Shown: in pieces, positions 24,844 to 37,651 of the stretch
Numbering within the stretch: position 1 is the first letter of the stretch
Layout of the letters: each line of letters starts with the position of its first letter
Assembly: GCF_001194135.2 (NCBI RefSeq)
Contig: NC_068992.1
Span: 27,601,650 to 27,665,649 of the forward strand
Source of the DNA: Octopus bimaculoides
Taxonomy: Eukaryota
Direction: 5' to 3'
Length of the DNA: 64,000 nt
Translations under genes and position numbers: made by a program
The notes under the pieces: model-generated
What the model was told of the DNA's origin: nothing
Seen by the model: the letters and a program-made list of their open reading frames with translations, nothing else
The model's database searches: none

Positions 24844-26259
24844 TGGGAGCTCCTCTATGCTGATGACCTGGCCCTCATAGCAGAATCACTACCAGAACTA
24901 GAAAAGAAATTTCAGGTGTGGAAGCAAGGTTTAGAATCAAAAGGCCTTAGAATCAATGTAGCAAAGACTAAAGTTCTAGTAAGTAGGAAGGCGAACACAT
25001 CACACACACCCTCAGGTAGGTAGCCCTGCTCGATGTGTAGAAAAGGTGTAGGTAGAAACTCCATAAGATGTACCCAGTGTAAGCTATGGACACACAAGAG
25101 GTGTAGCAACATCAAAGGAAGATTAACCGAGAAGATAGCTTTCATGTGTAGCAGATGCACAGTGTCAATAAACACCATAGATGCTCAGAAAACAGATTTC
25201 ATCACATTCCAGGAGGAGAAACCAGAAGTAGTTGATAACTTCTGCTACCTAGGTGACCAAGTTAGTAGTGGGGGTGGATGCTCAGAGAGTGTTGCCACTA
25301 GAATAAGAATAGCCTGGGCAAAGTTTAGAAAGCTTCTACCCCTACTGGTGACAAAAGGCCTCTCACTCAGAGTGAAAGGCAGATTGTACGATGCATGTAT
25401 GCGAACTGCCATGCTTCACGGCAGTGAAACATGGGCCATGACTGCGGAGGACATGCGTAGGCTCGAAAGAAATGAAGTTAGCATGATCCTCTGGATTTGT
25501 AATGTCAGTGTGCACGCACGACAGAGTGTAAGCGCCCTGAGAGACATGCTGGACATAAGAAGCATAGGATGTGGCATGCAAGAGGGACGTTTGCATTGGT
25601 ATGGTCATGTACTATGGATGGATGAGGAGAGATGTGTGAAGAAGTGCCACTCCCAAACAGTTGAAGGAATTCGGAGTAGAGGTAGACCTAGGAAGACATA
25701 GGATAAGGTAGTCAAGCATGACCTTGAGCCTCACAGAGGCAATGACGTTGGGCCTCACAGAAGCAATGACGAAAGACCAAGACTTCTGGAGATATGCTGT
25801 GACTGCGAAGATCTGGCAAATAAAGTGAGTTCACGGCTGTATCCTACACCAGTTTTGCATAACCAGCCCCAGCCCATTCAAAAGTACCTTGGATCATAGG
25901 GTGACCTGCTGTGCTTGAGGAGACCTATTGAGTCAAGTACATCAACATCAAAATGAAAATCAGATGGAAACTGTAGTTGTGATACCCATGCCGGTGACAT
26001 GTAAAAAGCACCAACCAATCATGGCCGTTGCCAGCCTCCTCTGTGACACGTATCCTCTGTGATACCCGTGCCGGTGACACGTAAAAAGCACCCACTACAC
26101 ATATGGAGTGGTTGGTATTAGGAACAGCATCCAGCTGTAGAAACACTGCCAGATCAGACTGGAGCCTGGTGCAGCCTCCTGGCTTCCCAGACCCCGGTCG
26201 AACCATCCAACCCATGCTAGCATGGAAAATGGACGTTAAACGATGATGATAATGATGAT
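24844..26259 (+). mobile_element. 5'-truncated RTE LINE: RT end, PHD-like Cys-rich insert, C-terminus, complete 3' UTR
   Basis: WELLYADDLALIAES...GLRINVAKTKVL, then ORF 25033-25701 (CRKGVGRNSIRCTQCKLWTHKRCS...FCYLGD...MLHGSETWA...LHWYGHV...RGRPRKT). A few stops; tail gacgttaaac(GAT)n. Confidence 0.95.
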
Positions 26260-26722
26260 ATATATATATATACATATATAAATACACACATTCATATACA
26301 TGCATATATATATATGTGCACAAAAACACACACACATTTATATACACAAATATATATACATATATATGTACACACACACCCATTTATATCACTATATATG
26401 CACACACACACCCATTTATATCAATATATATGCACACACACACTCATGTGTATATACATCTCAATAATACTAAAATTCTAGAGATGTTTGTGCGTACCTA
26501 AAATATCTCAGAAATAGTATATTTTATCTTAATGTTTTTTCATATTTATTTTCATACTTACCTGCAGTAGTGTAGTACAAATTTTTGTGATATTTGGACC
26601 TCTATTTAAACGATTAAACACATTTTGACACACACAATATTTTAATCATTTAGAAATATTTTTAACTGAATGTGGTTTCATCATCCAGAGTTCATTAATT
26701 TCCGTAAAAAATTTTTATTCAT

Positions 26723-26883
26723 TTACTTTTGTTTCAAAGTGAAAGAGAGGAGAAAGTGAAAGAGAGGAGAAAGTGAAAGAGAGGAGAAAGTGAAAGAGAG
26801 GAGAAAGTGAAAGAGAGGAGAAAGTGTATGTACGCGTATATGAAACGGACATGTGTGTGTGAAAGAGAGAGAAAGAGACAGGA

Positions 26884-26920
<37 letters not shown>

Positions 26921-27147
26921 AAGAGAGAGTGAGTGAGCGAATGGATGTGTTGTCATGTATACATACATACATCAATACATATGCGTACATCTTTTGTGCA
27001 TGTATGTGTGTGTGTGAGAGAGAGTGAATGTATGTATTCTCATGTATGTGTAAGTGGATCTCTCTCTCACATACACACATGTCAATTTCATATGTCCGTT
27101 CCTGCATCTTCCACTTTCTCCTCTCTTTCACTTTAAAACAAAGGTAA
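26723..27147. mobile_element. MITE-like element with >=36-bp inverted ends and a 5x17-bp subterminal tandem array
   Basis: 26723-26758 is the reverse complement of 27112-27147 with 2 mismatches; unit AAAGTGAAAGAGAGGAG repeated 5 times at 26736-26820; GA/GT microsatellites inside. Confidence 0.7.
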
Positions 27148-27769
27148 CATGATTTTTCAGGATAAAAATTCTTAAAAAATAGTTTCTACTCATGTAAAAT
27201 TCACACACAAAAGTTTTTAGAATTGCCAATTTGGCCAGAGGGAAAAGATTTTCAATTTAGTTGTATTTAGCATAATTTTACTCACTTATGATTAGATTTT
27301 ATTAAACTTTCATTAGATTTAAGCCCTTAATTATTTTGTAAATCTTATTCTGACATTAAATGAGTTAACTTCTGGTACAAATGTTTACATTTAGTAACTC
27401 TCTAAGAAAAAAAAAATGTTGACTTTTTGACGTACACACACAATGACATAGAGAAATATATTTTTTGCGGATTATTACTTATAGTTTCATCATTTCAGAT
27501 TTTATTCTATTTTATTCATTTGGTATTTGTAATCTCTTTGTTGATTTGATTTAATTTTCTTAATACATTACATACAAAATAAAAAAAACTGATCAATTAT
27601 GCCACATGGAAAGAGATGGGGATCATCATGGTCAAGAGATGATGCCAAAAGGCATCAGAAAGAAGCAAGGACAAAGAGATAACAGGAAACATGCAGCAAC
27701 TTAAAAGACGTTTACATTGAATAAAGAAGTTCTAGAGAAAATATGTAAACTAAAGACACTTTTACGGGT

Positions 27770-28481
27770 TTTCCTTATATTTAGATTTAATCAGAGTACA
27801 TTGAAGCAAAATGGCAAGTGATTTCTTTAACGGTATGACGCTGTAGATAATATGTCAGTCGTTGAATGAACTGTTTTAGGGTATGTATTAACTGATATTA
27901 CTCATATATTAAAACATATTCATGCATCCAACCACCATCCAAACAACCATATACTCCGCTCCCTATTTCTGGGAATGTCCAGGAGTGCCCAACTAGAAGC
28001 GATCGTTAATAGAGGTTCCGACAGTATTTTCAGCATGACCAACTGGAACTGCAAAAGTTATCCATCTATCTAGGTTTTGATTTACGAACAGCACGCCCAG
28101 CAGATGGCTCTGATTGAAACATCGGTCTTGCAAATGTTTGAGATGACGGCAGAACAACAGCAGGATAACAGAGACACGCAACAAAAAAGGAGGCAAGAGA
28201 GACTGAGGAAGATAGGAATGCACACCTCCAGGATGTAAGACAAAGAACAAATAGCAAAAGACTTGCAGAAACGCCTGAGATGAAGGCTGCACAACTCTTA
28301 AACAACAGGGTGAGGAAAGAAAGAAGGACAGAGGGAGCAATGGAAGGAAATGGATCCACTCTTTCTGCTGATAAATTAGGTTAAATATATATACATGCAT
28401 AAGTACCGTGAATTCCCATTCTACAAACTGGCTAACAGTTCCGTGAATACTTTACCAGGCAACGCTGGGTAGTAAGTCTAG
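27770..28481 (+). mobile_element. Non-autonomous Helitron remnant with STPR-like repeats
   Basis: 3' hairpin ACCAGGCAACGCTGGGT (28454-28470), then CTAG (28478-28481) and T. Two 23-aa repeats ETEEDRNAHLQDVRQRTNSKRLA / ETPEMKAAQLLNNRVRKERRTEG at 28199-28336. CpG-rich. 5' boundary is a guess. Confidence 0.65.
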
Positions 28482-28597
28482 TGTGTATGTATAAATATAT
28501 ATATATATATATATATACATACACACACATGTACATTTATATCCATGTACACACACATATATATATACACACATTTTTATATATACATATATATCAT

Positions 28598-28795
28598 CCC
28601 TAGGGGAACTGTACTAGGATCACCACGGTGGATCTCTCCAACATGTCTTCAATAATACAGTCAACCACTCTCAGAAGCAGGCTGATGATACAAAATTATA
28701 AGCAGTCAAGTACCCTGTAGATACCTGAAAACTACAGAAAGATTTGAACGCACTGCACAAGTTGGCTGAAGAAAACAATATGCAATTGACTGGCT
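28598..28795 (+). mobile_element. CR1/L2-type RT fragment
   Basis: PRGTVLG..., ADDTKL*, LQKDLNALHKLAEENNMQL match the PQGxVLGP, FADDTKL and LQxDLxxLxxWAxxNNM motifs. Confidence 0.7.
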
Positions 28796-29444
28796 GGTTG
28801 GATTCTGAGATCATTTGGAACATGAAAAAACATGCTGCTCCTCTGATGAACATTCATGCTCAAACATCTGGAAACTGTGTGGAAGCTTGTCGTACATGTG
28901 CAAATGAATGTATGTGTGTGTGTGTGTTCGTATGCTGTGCACAAATGCACAACACATACTCTTGCATTTAAATACACACACACAAGTATGCAAGTGTGAA
29001 AATAAATGTTTATACTGTTATGTGTAGTAGTTTAGTTAGTGCTTCTGAATTCAATCCATGTGTTAGTAAAAATATATAAACTCTGGTTCAAGCAACATAA
29101 CAAGCAGGAGAGTGACTATTAGGAGAATATATTCACTATGGACAATGGAATGAGAACAATCTACTCCAGGGGATTTAATAAAGTGTTTGGTTTAATATTA
29201 AAAGAACATTACTGAGTAGGACAGGCAGAATTTACAACAATCGAAACATTGTGGCTATAACAATCAAGAAGATACTTCTCCAAATATATCAATACATGTT
29301 TCTATCTTACTAGACCTCATTAATGAAGTTTTACCTTTACATAACAAGCCTTAGAGTGACTGGGAGAATAATGATTTTGAGTGAAAAACATTCATTGATT
29401 AGAGAGGTTAAAATGTCTAGTAAGACATAGAAATTGTGGTGGGG

Positions 29445-29475
<31 letters not shown>

Positions 29476-29613
29476 ATTTAAATGAATGTGGTCTATTGTC
29501 AACAGTAAGATCAGAAAAAGTGAAAGCAGTAGAAGAAAGAACAACATTGATTTATCAGCATCTCTCAAACTGACACATACACATGTTTACTTATACACGT
29601 ATCAATGTAGACC

Positions 29614-29680
<67 letters not shown>

Positions 29681-29939
29681 TCACACATGCACACACACAC
29701 AAAGATGTTCACATGAAGCATTATACTTTGTTCGCTTATTTTGTTTTTTGTTTTTACTTCTTATGGTGTTATTATTTGATGTTATTGATCCTTATTAGAC
29801 TTATCTATATTGCATGTTGCTCTTAACCCCAATCCAGTAATGGTGTCATCATCGTCATGACATCATAACTATCATCATTGTCTGTGATGACATGATACAG
29901 TGCTGCATCATCATCAGTACTGCAACTAAATGGAGCTCA

Positions 29940-30190
29940 AGTACAACTTACCACTACTATTCTTCTCAATTTTGTTTCATCTTTTCTGTGAGGCCCTCAG
30001 ATCCTATAATCGCCTGACTATGTCTTCCCATGTTTTTATTTTTTTTTATTTTTCCCCTCTATCACAAGTAGTTTCCACTGTCAGTACATAGTAACTTTTT
30101 AATCTCACTAGAATCATCCATTCCTGTGTCCATACCAGTGCAACAGGTTCCTAACATGTAATAGACGTCCAGCTGGAGTTGATTGAATTG
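29940..30190 (-). mobile_element. Decayed RTE C-terminal fragment
   Basis: Reverse strand LLHWYGH..RMDD..., then KTWEDIV-like sequence. Confidence 0.55.
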
Positions 30191-31684
30191 TCTTTAGCCA
30201 TCCTCCAACAAACTTCTGGTCTTCTGCCAAAGTTAGGAATTCATCATTATAACAGGAAGAGCAAAAACAAAAGTAAACCAGACCATGGCTTATTAACCTT
30301 ATTATATCATGTCAGGTTTCTAAATTTAAATCCTATCAGAAATAACTGTTTATGATTAAAAATAAATAAGTACAAGTAATGAACTAGAACCAATTGAATT
30401 TACAAGAACTTCTATGTGACCATGCTCATGTTAGAAATAGCAGCCAAATATTCACGAAGCTACACGCCACAGCCCTATAAAAAGGGCAGGACATGTAAGA
30501 CAACTTTATTCAACATTTACTCCTAAAAAGACAGGATGGTTATGGTTGGAATACCTTTGAGCATGGGCTCAGTCCAGTCACGATTATGGATGGAATACCT
30601 TTGAACATGGGATTAAAAGCAATAACAACAACATTTTTTTATTCTAAAAATTTAACCTTCTACTTAGCCCAAAATAATTCTTCTTTATTGATAAGATATA
30701 TAAAAAATTTTATAGGTTAGATATTAATTATTAAACTTATTCTTAGTATGTATACATATACACATACAAATTATATAAATATATGGTGTTGACTATATAC
30801 CTGTACAATTCTTTTGTTTTTATTTCTTAATACATGTCATTATTTTTTATGGTGGTCAGTAAATGGAAACAAAAAAAAATCCTCTCTCCCTTCTAACATC
30901 AATATTCCATTTATCATCAATATCTTATTTATAAATACTGTAAAACAAGATACAAGCTTCCAGTCAGTTATGGTTGTAATGCAATTCAGTGCTTCATTGA
31001 TACAACTTCACTTCATCCTGCTAATGCCCCTGTGAAAGCTATGAACATCCAAACATCTCTTTTTCTGTTATGCCTTCTTATAACAGACCTTTGTGACAAG
31101 TAAAGAAGCCAATATTTTCTTTATAATTAGAAAGGCCAACAGGTTACTATACTATAAATGCATTAAAGTATTTCATTTCTTCTTTCTTAGTTTGAAGTTT
31201 AATCCCCTTTCAGAATCAACCTTGCCTTTTATCCCTACACAGACAATGAAATAAATACCAGTAATCAATCAACTATATGCCTACCCACAACAAAATATTA
31301 CCCTTGCATCTAATCAAAAATATTTTGATGTTTGATAGTTGGGGGTGGGATATAAAATTTTCTATAAAAAAATAAAAAATATAGCTTCTTTTTCTTTTCT
31401 CTTTAACCTACTTTTAAAGTAATAAAAAATATTAATATATCATGTGGGTTTACATAAATGTGTCTATTTTAAGGAGAATGTTTGTAAGTTCTTGCATTCT
31501 TTCTTTTGTACTTAATGGATAACATTTCTGTTGAATATCTTTCACTTTTTTATCTAAAGTATAGAATTAGTTTTTGGATACAAATTTTATCATAAGAAAG
31601 TAACAAAGGATATTGACTAAAATAAATGAGAAGGGTATGAATAAGAAAATTAATTATACCTAACTATTCAGCAAAAGTTACTTT

Positions 31685-32427
31685 GAAGTAATGATTATTG
31701 CCACTTAAACATGGCTGTTCCATAGGAACTGACATTACTGCTATTTTAAACCCCAGAAGGACATCTCCTCTGGCTGGTTACTCGATGCAATCTGCACCTG
31801 ATATATATTGCAAGCAGGGGAGTGAACGCCTACCATCTTACCACCAGACCATATGGTTTCAAACTCTTTGCGGTCATCCTTGGAGGTGGATACTCATCTG
31901 CTAGAGATAGAAGTAGTTCACTTCAGCTCACAATATATAGAAATCAAGTGACACACAGTCACTAATCTTGCAACAAACAAATTAGCTAGTTAGAAAAAAT
32001 CCTGGGGTTAAAAGCAGCAGTAACATAGGTTCCAGTTATGTTCAAGTGGCAATAAACATTACTTCTTAGTATAGTTACTACTTTCATCTGTTACTGAGAT
32101 TTTCTAACTAGCTAATTTGCTTCTTGCAAGATCAGTCACTGTGTGTCACTTGATTTTTATATATTGCGAACTGGAGTGAATTATTGCTGTCTCTAGAAGA
32201 TGAAGATGAGTATCCACCACCAAGGATGACTACAAAGAGGTCAAAACCATGCAGTCTGGTAGTTTTGTGGCTGGAAGATGGTAGGAGTTCACTCCCCTGC
32301 TTGCAATATATATCAGGGGCAGATTGCATCAAATAACCACCCGAAGGAAGCGTTCTCCTGGGATTAAAAATAGCAGTAATGTTGGTCACTATGGAACAGC
32401 AATGTTTAAGCAGCAAGAAACATTACT
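31685..32427. mobile_element. Foldback structure: two adjacent inverted copies of a ~300-bp repeat, the left copy with its own terminal inverted repeat
   Basis: 31685-31996 is inversely homologous to 32101-32427; 32001-32065 is a deleted inverted copy of 31685-31755. Confidence 0.8.
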
Positions 32428-33143
32428 ACACAGTATAGTTATTGCTTTCATCTCTCAAAGATTTTCTAAAAAGTTACTTTATATGAAGGAAATATCTGAT
32501 GATGAAGAACTCTTGGGTGCCAGTGTTGGTAATATTGCTATTTCATAATTTTTAAAGATTTAACTTTAGAGCAATGAGTATCAATAAAGTGAAAGATCTA
32601 CAGTAACCACATTTCCTCATATGTGCATGACATAATAGTAAGGCAACTAGGCTCTCAATCATAAGGTCATGGGGTCAATTCCTGATCCAAGAAGCATACT
32701 GTGTCCTTAGAGAGGCACCTTCATGTTATATCAGTCTACTCATGAGTATTAAGACTGTCAGAGTGCCCAGTCACTGTCAAGTTAGCACGGAAGTATTAAC
32801 ATGTCAGTGGTACAACCAAAATCCTTAGACATGAAGAAGGATACCTCCAGCAGGGAACTAATAAATCCTATCATTACTTATATATATATATATATATATA
32901 TTATACTAGTTTATTATCAAGTGAGAAATATTTATTTAGGTGTTTTAATTTTAAAATTGATGTCTTTGGACAAGCTATTGGGCCACATTTTGATTTTTCA
33001 CCATATTATTGAAAATATACAGAAAACAAGTTTGCCTTTCTTTTCTCTGGGGTTTGATAGAATAAAAACAAGCAACAAACAGAGTCAATGCAAACTTTCC
33101 TTTTGTTTTAGTCAAATTAGGAAGTGCCAAAGTTTTTCTTCAG

Positions 33144-33158
33144 GACCCCCAAAGTCTG
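33144..33158 (+). CDS. Candidate 15-nt microexon (DPQSL in phase 0) of the + strand gene
   Basis: agtttttcttcag|GACCCCCAAAGTCTG|gtgagc: strong acceptor and donor, frame-preserving. Confidence 0.35.
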
Positions 33159-33329
33159 GTGAGCAAATAGTCAAAGTTATATTCAGATTGGAGATCTGAT
33201 CCAAATGCTTGCAACAGAGTGGAGTCCACTAAAGGTACTCACAGATACTTGTTGGTATTAAACCAGCCAAGTTTACCAGCCAGAATAGGGACAGTTCTTT
33301 TGACAAGCTTCCACAGTTTCCATCAACCA

Positions 33330-33470
33330 AATAACATTCAAAGTCATTGGCTGATCCATATTGAGGCCATGGTAGAAGATACATGGCAAAGGTGCAATGC
33401 AGTGGGATCAAACTCAAAACCATGTGGTAATGAAAGAAGCTTCTTAGCTACACAATCATACCTGAACCAG
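33330..33470 (-). mobile_element. tRNA-SINE head fragment (family of 61451-61760)
   Basis: Reverse complement of the gtggctaagaagcttc..ccacatgg..tcccactgcattgcacc..tgtatcttctacc head sequence. Confidence 0.7.
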
Positions 33471-36400
33471 TATAATAAATTGACATCTAACAGTGATACA
33501 TTTTTTGTTGAAACTAACTTAAGTCAACTTCCCCCTTCCAGCCTCTTTAGATTAATGAAATAAGCACTAGTAACATGGTGATATTGATACAAATGATTCA
33601 CTCTAAAAATATCAGTTAAAAGAAATTAATACTAATACATATCAGTACACAGTCACATTTGAAGCTTTTATTTTGTCTCATCTGGTGTTTCATGTTTCTA
33701 TGGTGAAATCAAATTAAATTTGAATTTACATTTCATCCGTTATTTCTTACCAACATTCAGTATTTGGCCAACCATAATTCATTTCCTACAAAAATTGGTC
33801 ATTTGCCAATTCAAAAATACAATCTACACTAATCTTGTCAGATGAGAAAAGTGATATAAAAAAAAAAGAACAAAAATTATAAACAAATTATTAAAGAAAA
33901 ATCTCATCCATCACACAGACACACAGACACACACACACAGAGGTTTGTAAGCAAAAATGAACATTTATTTACACATTTTCATTTTAATTGTGCTGTACCT
34001 TTGCTTCTTGTGTGTGATTTATCAATAACCTATTCTGTCTTTTTCACCTGGTATAGAAATATGTCTTCTGAACAGTGTAACATGTCAAGTAGGTTTATAT
34101 AATACTTGACCTTCTTGTTGCCAAGAAACCAAAATATCTTAAAGTCATTTATACTATTACTAATAGTTCTGTTCATTTTCCTTTTCTTACAAGTCAACAT
34201 TTTTTTAAAAGCTAAGCTTCAAAAAGGCATTTCAAGCATGGAAAGTTAGTTATATTTTTATGTTTAATGTTTATTTAATAAAATATTAATCATAGTAAAG
34301 TTCTCATGCACTGATAGTGCAGAACCAGAAATTGAAAGGAAAGATGCAACAGTCAATTTTATCAACTCCCTCTGTATTACTGGTACTAATTTCACCATCA
34401 GTGGAGAAATGAAACATAAGACTGACCCCAGGAGGTAATATGAACAAGAACTTAAAAGGACATAAAAGATATCCGAAATTTTACCAATTTTGTTATCAAT
34501 CATCCCTATTGATGATAGCAATTATTTCTAACATTGGCACAGCCTGAGATTTGGAGGAGGGGTTTAGTTGATTAAATCAATTCCAGTACATGACTAATGA
34601 TATTTTGATTGGACATAAAGGCACAAATTTCTGTAGAAATTTCTGGTAACCTGAATTTCTTCAGGACATTACGGGTACTAACTTTCAGTCTTTGAGAGAT
34701 GAAAGGTGAGCCAAACACAGTGAGAGTTGTACTAAGGGTATTAAGGAATATAAAAAATATGTGTTGGCTACAACACCAACAACAACAATTCAATCTATAA
34801 TAGATTGTGAACTCATAAAGTGTTTTTGTATGCTGTTATACATAAGAGCATTAGAGAAAAAAAATATACACAAATATGAGCCTAAAGAGGAGGTAGTATT
34901 GCAATAGGTGAATCAAAAAGCCAAAATATGTATAGACTGTAAATGTCTTAAGAAAAAAAAAAGAAAATGTCACTATATTCAACGTTTGATAACAAAAAAG
35001 AAATGAAAAAAATATTACTTAATAAAAAAGATTTGTTTGTAACTACATTTCAAAATAAAAGTTAACTACTTGTTTTGATTGGATAATTGGATTTTTTTTT
35101 AATTTCTATTTTTATTCTTTGGATGTATATTTCTTCAATATCACTTTAGCAAAACTGAACACTGTATCATTAAAAAAAAATCTGGTTGTGATTTACAAAA
35201 TATGCACTCATTGACTCTTCTCTATTTAGGTACAGACATAGTTATATGGTTAAAAAGTTTGTTCTGTAATCATGTTGTTCCAGATTTTACATCATTTTGT
35301 ACCATCTTGGATGTGAGCCTTCTATCATAACCTCAGGATAACCGAAGATTTGTAGATGAAATTGGGGAAATGGACACTGTGCAGAAGACTATTGGATGGA
35401 TTGTGTCTATTCTTGGAGGATAGATTTTATTCATTGTATAACTTAACCCCTACCATCTAACTCCTGAGTCAACTCTGTTTCAAGTCATTTTGAACAAATC
35501 TCTTTCCCACCCACCAATCTCAGAGACAGTACAATAAAAGTTGCTCGTCTTCTGAGCAAGACAGAAAAACATTTAAAAGATTAAGATTTGATAGTATTCT
35601 TCTAAAATTTTTGAAAGTACTTTAATTATGAATGCCAATCACAAATAATCATCAAAAACTATGCAATATAACTTTATCATAAAATATGGAACTCACTGCC
35701 ACCAATTACTGGAAACTTTCAAACCAATTTGAACTTCAAAAACAAATAGAATTCTCTTTTCATTAACTGCATTTTCTGTCCTAGCATTGATCCTAGAAGG
35801 AGCAGAACTCACTCATTTTATTTACGCAACTGAGATGTTGCACTAATTGCTGCATTGCTCAATCTCAAATTGGCAGCCTAACACTATTAACTGGACCCCA
35901 TGGACTCATTTTCTACTATAAAGAGGTTGATTATAGAAGGCAAAATATGAGCTCAGAAAGGAACTAAGCAGCACTGATAATCACAAGGCATCTCGTCAGA
36001 CACTTCAACAATTCCACCAATCCACTGCCCTGTGCCAGGAATTTATTGGCTCCAAAAGGATGAAAGGCAAAGTTGAATTCCCTAAGAATTTGCTATTGCA
36101 GATATCCAGCTATACATTTTTACACTTACTTGGATGTAGGTCACTGAGTATGCAGCATGCAATGTCTGTCTAAAGAGAATCAGGAAAAATACAAGGCTTT
36201 CTAGCTGATGCACTAACAACTCTGTCAATTTACCCTCTTCACTCTGAATATTTTGTAAACCTTGAGATACCTTGAGATAAACATCTTGAGCATTGGTACA
36301 TTACCTTGAATTTTACATCTTAGGCAAACTGTGTAATAACTGTACAGTACATTTCAATTATCTTCATTATGGCCAATATGAATTATAGATTTGAATATTG

Positions 36401-37539
36401 TAAATAAAAGTATTCATTAGTACTATTTTATTGATCCTGAAAAAATAACAGATAAAGTCAACCTTGACAGGATTCAGACTTAGAACATAAAAAGGAGATA
36501 ACAAGTACTACAGGGAAATTTGTTCAATAATAATAATTTATTTTATTTGCCAAAAGAGTGTTGAATTTAGGGAACATTACAGAGACAAGTTATAATTTGC
36601 ATAGGGGTTTACATATAATAAAAAAACTGGTGAGAAAGAAGAGAAAAAGAATAATCATGCTTAAAAGTTTAAAGGACTTAAAGTTGCAGTTTGAAATCCT
36701 TGTCTCATTAATCGGTGTAACTAAAACAAAACATTTTAAATAATGCAAAGAATACATATTGAATATGAAGAGAATTTAACAAAAATAAAAAAGAAAAATG
36801 ATTAGACAGTCACCGTATGTGGCATACTCACTGAGTGACCTACAGCCAAGTAAGTGTATGGATACTAGTAAAAATGTATAGCTGGATATCTCCAATAGCA
36901 AAATCTTAAGGACTTAGTATCACAAGAAAAACAACATAATACATTGACAGAAAGATCTTAGTTGTTTGAAATTTCTGTATAATTAAGGCAAATACTTTTT
37001 TTCTTTCAAGATTATTTAATGTAAGATCAATTACAATGGCTGTATCTAAAAATAGTTTTCTGTATTTTAAATTTATTTTGTTATAATTTTCTCTAAGATA
37101 AATATATCAACTATTGTTAATAACAGTATGGTTACACTAGTAAATAAATAATAGACAACTGGAGCCGTGCTAATGCAAAGCCTTTACACTCCTTAAAAGA
37201 TGATAGGATTCAGTATCTTACCATAATATAATTTGTTAAGCCAAAAACATGAAAGATGAAAAAACTGAAGAAGATGAAAAGTGAAGGAATAAACCCAACC
37301 TATCAAACTAAACATAAAGCATGTAGAATTTTATTGTTAAAGATTTCTAAACATACACAAGCTCAGAAATATTAAAAAAAATATATACATTTTGTAAATA
37401 TACAACAACATTTTTTTTTAATTTAGAGATCAAATATATTTATTGCACTTCAGTAAAGCAGTATACTGTCATAACTAACAACATAATTTCTTTCATTGCT
37501 AACCTATTCCTGTGATTTTTGTCTTCAACAATAATCAAG

Positions 37540-37560
37540 AGAGTTTTACTTTCTACTCTG
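37540..37560 (+). CDS. Candidate 21-nt microexon (RVLLSTL in phase 0) of the + strand gene
   Basis: Branch-like GCTAAC about 35 nt upstream, pyrimidine tract, caag|AGAGTTTTACTTTCTACTCTG|gtaagg; 3n length. Confidence 0.35.
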
Positions 37561-37615
37561 GTAAGGGCCATTCAACAAAACTATATATGTGTGTGTGCGT
37601 GCATGTGTGAGTGTT

Positions 37616-37651
<36 letters not shown>

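Noticed and set aside
26736-26820. Regular 17-bp direct repeats as a CRISPR-like array
   Set aside because: No spacers, eukaryotic context; a simple tandem repeat.
30090-30195. - strand exon-like segment ending CTG|GTATGG
   Set aside because: Continues as HWYGH..RMDD, i.e. part of an RTE remnant.
36798-36861. Apparent exons on both strands with GTAAGT/GTGAGT donors
   Set aside because: The segment is one arm of the inverted repeat shared with 36089-36172, so the signals are repeat-borne.
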